Notes under the pieces: generated by a model | What the model was told of the DNA's origin: nothing | What the model saw: the letters and a program-made list of their open reading frames with translations, nothing else | Database searches by the model: none | Shown: positions 56,407-60,581 of the stretch, one piece after another | Position numbering within the stretch: the first letter of the stretch is position 1 | Layout of the letters: each line of letters starts with the position of its first letter | Assembly: GCA_938044045.1 (NCBI GenBank) | Contig: CALIQN010000110.1 | Location: 1 to 60,581, forward strand | Direction of reading: 5' to 3' | DNA from: an uncultured Peptococcaceae bacterium | GTDB lineage: Bacteria; Bacillota; Peptococcia; Peptococcales; Peptococcaceae | DNA: 60,581 bases | Translations under genes and position numbers: made by a program

Positions 56407-58427
56407 CGAAAGACTCCTTTATGTCGGGAACGATCAAAATATTGATACAAGTAACGATCAAATAAGGCGCCAATAAAATGAATCGCAAGGAGCAGTAAAA
56501 CACCGAAGATAATCCCCAAAAGCATACCATTAAAGGAGCGTAAAAGAGAAATAGCGAGTGGGGTATGAAGGTGTGCATAGGTATTGACCAAGGAAACTTG
56601 ACCAATCACCATTGGGATGGTCAAAATCCAAAAAGCTCGCTTGCCAGCACCAAAATGGAAGAATACAAGTGTCAGTGGATAGCCAATGATAAATTCTTTA
56701 TTTCTCGGTCTGACGCCAAGGTAGTCGGTGAGGAATTGACGAAAGGCAGTTTCTGTTTCAGAAATTTTCATCCCATCATTGCCTGTTCTTGCCAAATAAA
56801 TGCTGATAGCAACGAGTGCAAGGACACTTAAAATCGCCCAGCGATAATTAATTGCTTGATTTAAGAGGTTTTTAATTTCATCTATTGGGGATGGTGCCAT
56901 CCAAATGTAGGTGAGGAAAGGTACCAGTAAAATTGGCAAGAGATGGGCGAGCTTGACCCCTGAGAAATGTTCCAATTTCACAAGGAAAAGGGTTTCACTC
57001 AAAAGTCCTACCATCAAAAGGGCACCAATCATACTGAGTAGTGACATACCTAGTAAGCTATACACGCTACGGGCAATGGTCATCTTACGATTAGGGAAAC
57101 AATACACCATGGAAAAGACAGGGAAGATGATTACCGAACAAAATGCCATAGCCTTTAATGCCAGCGTAGGATTAATGACAAGATAACCGATGACAAAGCC
57201 AAGATAGAGGAAGAGACCGGAGAAAAAGGCAAAACGTTTAAATTTCAAATAATCCAAAAGAAGTGCCAATCCACTTGCTACCCCTAGGGCGATCAAGAGA
57301 ATGATGAGTTTTGGTGTTTGTGGCATTTGTAAACGCTCAAAGTCACCATTACTAAAGACAAAGCCATCTTCTTCTAGGGCATTTTTGATGTCTTCAAGGT
57401 AGGTCATATTTTCTTTATAGCTTAAACCTGGTGTTTCCATAGACCAAAAACGCACTAAAAGAGCACGCATTTCTCTTTCTTTGACAGCGAGTTGCCAACG
57501 ATCAATGGCAGCTTTTTTACCCAAAACTTTATCTTGAGGGGTGTCGCCTGTAAAGTTTCTCATTTCACCATTAGAGATGGTATGTAGGCGAACGACCCAC
57601 TTGTCAAGATTTTGGGCAAGTTTTTCGCTGCCGATTTGGTCACTAAATTCAATCGTGCCAAGGGGATAGAGCACCTTGCCATCTTTATTTTTAAAGTAGG
57701 CAGAAAACGCTTGAATCTCATCTGGATAGCCTGGGATAACAGGGTCATTAAATAAGATGAGACGAATATTTTTTAGATTTTTAATTTCCTCATAAATCAG
57801 TTTCATGGAGTTGGCATCAATCCCTTTCCATGTGCGAATTTGAGGGACGATCCCCATATCCATACTCGCAACAGCATCAGCTAAAGCTTGATTAAAGCCG
57901 ATGCCGACTTCTTCATAACCTAGAGAAGCACTTGGGACTTCTTTTTGATCTTGGGGAAGCATAGATGGGACTGCAAGGACATCTACCTTGCCTTTTTCAT
58001 AAAGCACAGCCCCCGGTATCTTTGGTAGGGCGAAATTTTTCAAGTTTTTCAACCAAGTATCGTTTTCTAGTACAAGGTAGGTCATTGTTTCTTTGAGAGG
58101 AATATTATCTTCCATATCCTTATAGCGAGGATGAGATTGGAGAGAATAACCTTTATAGACAGTTAAATCACCAGATTGAATAAGACTACCAAGACTTGCT
58201 TCTTTAAAGAGGATATTAAAAACCCCTCTTTTTTTCATTTCACTTAAAACTTCGGCTAAAGTCTTACCAGTTGCTCCGCTAAAGCTTCGGGCATCAGCTT
58301 CATTGACCACAAAACTGAGTTTATTGTATTGTTCTTCTGCTACCATACGTTGATAGCCCACCCAAAAGGAGAGCAAGATAGAGAGGAGAACAAGTAAAGC
58401 AAGCGCTTGTTGCATTCTTTTACTCAT
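56403..58427 (-). CDS. large polytopic membrane protein coupled to csaB (possibly DUF5693-type)
   Basis: Start at ATG 58427 after AAGGAAGG. N-terminal TM, then an extracytoplasmic domain of about 350 aa, then roughly 10 TM. Its stop overlaps the csaB start (ATGA). Confidence 0.8.
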   Translation of the reverse strand: MSKRMQQALALLVLLSILLSFWVGYQRMVAEEQYNKLSFVVNEADARSFSGATGKTLAEVLSEMKKRGVFNILFKEASLGSLIQSGDLTVYKGYSLQSHPRYKDMEDNIPLKETMTYLVLENDTWLKNLKNFALPKIPGAVLYEKGKVDVLAVPSMLPQDQKEVPSASLGYEEVGIGFNQALADAVASMDMGIVPQIRTWKGIDANSMKLIYEEIKNLKNIRLILFNDPVIPGYPDEIQAFSAYFKNKDGKVLYPLGTIEFSDQIGSEKLAQNLDKWVVRLHTISNGEMRNFTGDTPQDKVLGKKAAIDRWQLAVKEREMRALLVRFWSMETPGLSYKENMTYLEDIKNALEEDGFVFSNGDFERLQMPQTPKLIILLIALGVASGLALLLDYLKFKRFAFFSGLFLYLGFVIGYLVINPTLALKAMAFCSVIIFPVFSMVYCFPNRKMTIARSVYSLLGMSLLSMIGALLMVGLLSETLFLVKLEHFSGVKLAHLLPILLVPFLTYIWMAPSPIDEIKNLLNQAINYRWAILSVLALVAISIYLARTGNDGMKISETETAFRQFLTDYLGVRPRNKEFIIGYPLTLVFFHFGAGKRAFWILTIPMVIGQVSLVNTYAHLHTPLAISLLRSFNGMLLGIIFGVLLLLAIHFIGALFDRYLYQYFDRSRHKGVFR

Positions 58428-58576
58428 AAAAACCTTCCTTACGTTGTAATATCGCTTTATTTTAGCATAAAAAAAGGCTATATAAAAGCCTTTCAAGCCA
58501 TAAAGATGAGCATAAAGTGGTTATTGGGTTAAAAAAGTTTTTTTGTGAATCTTTTGCTTCTAATTTTGTATTTACA

Positions 58577-58614
58577 GTTTTTAAATGAAATATTGATAAT
58601 GTTTCATTTAAAAC
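58577..58614. repeat. 12-bp inverted repeat in a divergent promoter region
   Basis: TTTTAAATGAAA (58579..58590) and TTTCATTTAAAA (58602..58613), separated by 11 nt. Confidence 0.6.
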
Positions 58615-58903
58615 TTGCATTACCATTGGATAACATCTTGTCATAAAAATACAGCCATTGATGGATAAAGTAAAGCAATTAAAGAAAGGCTATAGGCTGT
58701 TAGCTAGAGATAAATAATTTTTCCTTTTAGAATTATCTCTAATATTGACAAAGAGTTTTAATTAATCTACTCTAATATTTAGATATTGGATAAAATAGTT
58801 ATAGGTTACAATTTTTAAAAAGATAAGAAAGTTTAAAATAATTATTTGCAAAATAAAAGGTGTCCAATATTAATACCAATCTTATATCTAGGAGGAGAAC
58901 ACA

Positions 58904-60581
58904 ATGTATTCCACTAAAAGACGTCTGTTGTCTTTCACGCTCGTTGCCTTGATGGCAGGTAGTACGGGGACAGTCTATGCAGATGTGACAAGCCCAACTA
59001 ACCAGGTAAAGGGTGTTATGGCAGTTGAGGATACCAAAGGGAGGGTTGAAGTTTTAGCAAATCAGTTACTTGCTAGAGAAGACCTTGTAAGGCGATTTTT
59101 GGGGACGGTTTACATGCATCCCCAAGTAGCAGGGCACTACACTGGCACAGATAGAAGTGCTGTGCCTAAGGAGATTATTAGAGATACACCTTGGTATTGC
59201 ACGTGGGAAGCAGCTTATGAGACGAAGCTTTTCCTTGGTAGTTATGATGAAAAACTCGCTAAAAATGCAATGAGTAATCTGAACTACTATGATAAGCTTT
59301 ATGCCTTTCCTATGAGTCATCACCTCACAAAAGATGGCTTTTATAAAGGGGACTATAAAACCTACACCATGCAGTTTTTAGGTGGTAATCCTGCTGTTCA
59401 AGCTTTCTATAAAATGAAAGAGGAAAATAAGGACATCAGAAAACTATTTTCACATGTTGGTGTCTTTAAAAGGGGCAATGAGCTTGAGGTGAATTTTGCC
59501 TTAAATAAGGATGAGGCAAGAAATATTGAGTATGTATCTGTTGGACATATTGCGACAATTTTACCAATTGCAGAGTTAGGGCCAACGGCTGAAGAGAAGA
59601 CACTATTTTCTGTAGTAATTCCTGGTGAGCTCACAGGTGATGAACTCGTTATCACTGAGCTATCTTATGTCGATAAAAACGGCGTGAAGAAAAAAACAGG
59701 TACTTTTGGGGTGGATATTGACTACAGTAAGCTTGCCTTTGATAAAAATTATGAAATTCCAGGTCAAAAAGAACGTGTCAAGCAAATTGCAGAGGCTTGG
59801 ATTGCAAGAGGTTATGCCGTGCTTGATGAATTATCTGAAACAGACCATCCTACTGAAGCCCGTGAAATAAGAGGGGCGATTGAAAAATTAACTGCCCTAA
59901 AAGCAAAAGCTGATTTAAATCAAGATGAGATTTATGCTGTTGTCGCCCCAATTTACATCAGTGAAAATGAAGCCACCTTAAGAGAGCTTATTTCTGAGAA
60001 GATTACCAAGCATATTGATATTGTAAAAACTGGCTTTTATAAAGAAAAAGATTATACAAAGGAGAGCATTAAAGCTTATGCCAATTTCTTAAATAGAGCC
60101 AATAGTAATAATGAATACATGAGTTTAGGTGAATTGGTTGAGTTGGATAAAAAATTAGATCGTGCCAGTAGCAATACTATTTTACGCTTTAATACTGCCT
60201 ATTTAGAAAAACTCTTGGCCATTGCTGATAGTAAGCATGTTACTAACTACACAGAAGAAAGCTTAGGTGCTTTTTATACAGCCAAGTCAGGGGCTAAAAA
60301 ATGGGTAGAAAAAAATAAGGCCTCAAGACCTCAACTCAATGAAACAGGTGAGCACATTGACACCTTATTAAAGGCAATCAATAATCTAGAAAGAATTGAT
60401 GGGACTTCAGAAACACCGATTAAAAAAGAAGATTTGTATGACAATAAGATAGAAGCACCAGAAGTGGAAAAAGTCTATTCCGTCAATGGGGCGATTAAAT
60501 ACTTCTATGATTCAAACCAAGATACCCCTTTGGCAGCCATGTTTGAAAGTAAGATGAGACTGACTGAGACAGCAGGCAACA
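58904..60581 (+). CDS. large secreted surface protein, 5' part (runs off the window)
   Basis: GGAGGAG RBS. Signal peptide ...TGTVYA|DV. Open frame with no stop to the window end (my own translation; absent from the ORF track because it has no stop). Contains helical YT.ES..A-type repeats. Confidence 0.8.
   Translation, partial: MYSTKRRLLSFTLVALMAGSTGTVYADVTSPTNQVKGVMAVEDTKGRVEVLANQLLAREDLVRRFLGTVYMHPQVAGHYTGTDRSAVPKEIIRDTPWYCTWEAAYETKLFLGSYDEKLAKNAMSNLNYYDKLYAFPMSHHLTKDGFYKGDYKTYTMQFLGGNPAVQAFYKMKEENKDIRKLFSHVGVFKRGNELEVNFALNKDEARNIEYVSVGHIATILPIAELGPTAEEKTLFSVVIPGELTGDELVITELSYVDKNGVKKKTGTFGVDIDYSKLAFDKNYEIPGQKERVKQIAEAWIARGYAVLDELSETDHPTEAREIRGAIEKLTALKAKADLNQDEIYAVVAPIYISENEATLRELISEKITKHIDIVKTGFYKEKDYTKESIKAYANFLNRANSNNEYMSLGELVELDKKLDRASSNTILRFNTAYLEKLLAIADSKHVTNYTEESLGAFYTAKSGAKKWVEKNKASRPQLNETGEHIDTLLKAINNLERIDGTSETPIKKEDLYDNKIEAPEVEKVYSVNGAIKYFYDSNQDTPLAAMFESKMRLTETAGN

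Overview
This 60.6-kb window looks like chromosomal DNA from a monoderm, anaerobic Bacillota (Clostridia/Tissierellia-like) organism, with sampled GC around 40-47%. Most of it is housekeeping. It holds a complete F1Fo ATP synthase operon (atpZ/I-B-E-F-H-A-G-D-C) and the rnmV-rsmA-dnaX-ybaB-recR block. A SAM-I (S-box) riboswitch controls a metY-metA-metNIQ operon. There is a divergent hcpR/hcp (hybrid cluster protein) pair, xth-cysE-cysS, hslO, bioY, ung, trmB, and a four-gene tRNA operon (Tyr, fMet, Thr, Met). Genes for a pyruvylated secondary cell wall polymer / SLH anchoring pathway are scattered across the window: wecB, an LCP ligase, tagA, tagO, csaB, a large csaB-coupled membrane protein, an SLH protein and a partial large surface protein. 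The accessory or unusual content is listed here in order of interest. (1) A secreted tandem stefin/cystatin-like protein appears to be the first gene of an ECF sigma/anti-sigma operon. (2) A low-GC cassette (permuted NlpC/P60 hydrolase plus a 4-TM partner) sits next to a decayed amidase gene and is bracketed by a duplicated terminator. (3) A tandem array of paralogous 4-TM proteins. (4) A well-signalled 32-aa hydrophobic peptide gene. (5) Two promoter-to-terminator units of about 65 nt that may be small RNAs. (6) Several frameshifted genes, two of them at homopolymer tracts. I found no CRISPR array, transposase, integrase or recognisable defence system. All calls rest on motif recognition by eye; no searches were run.
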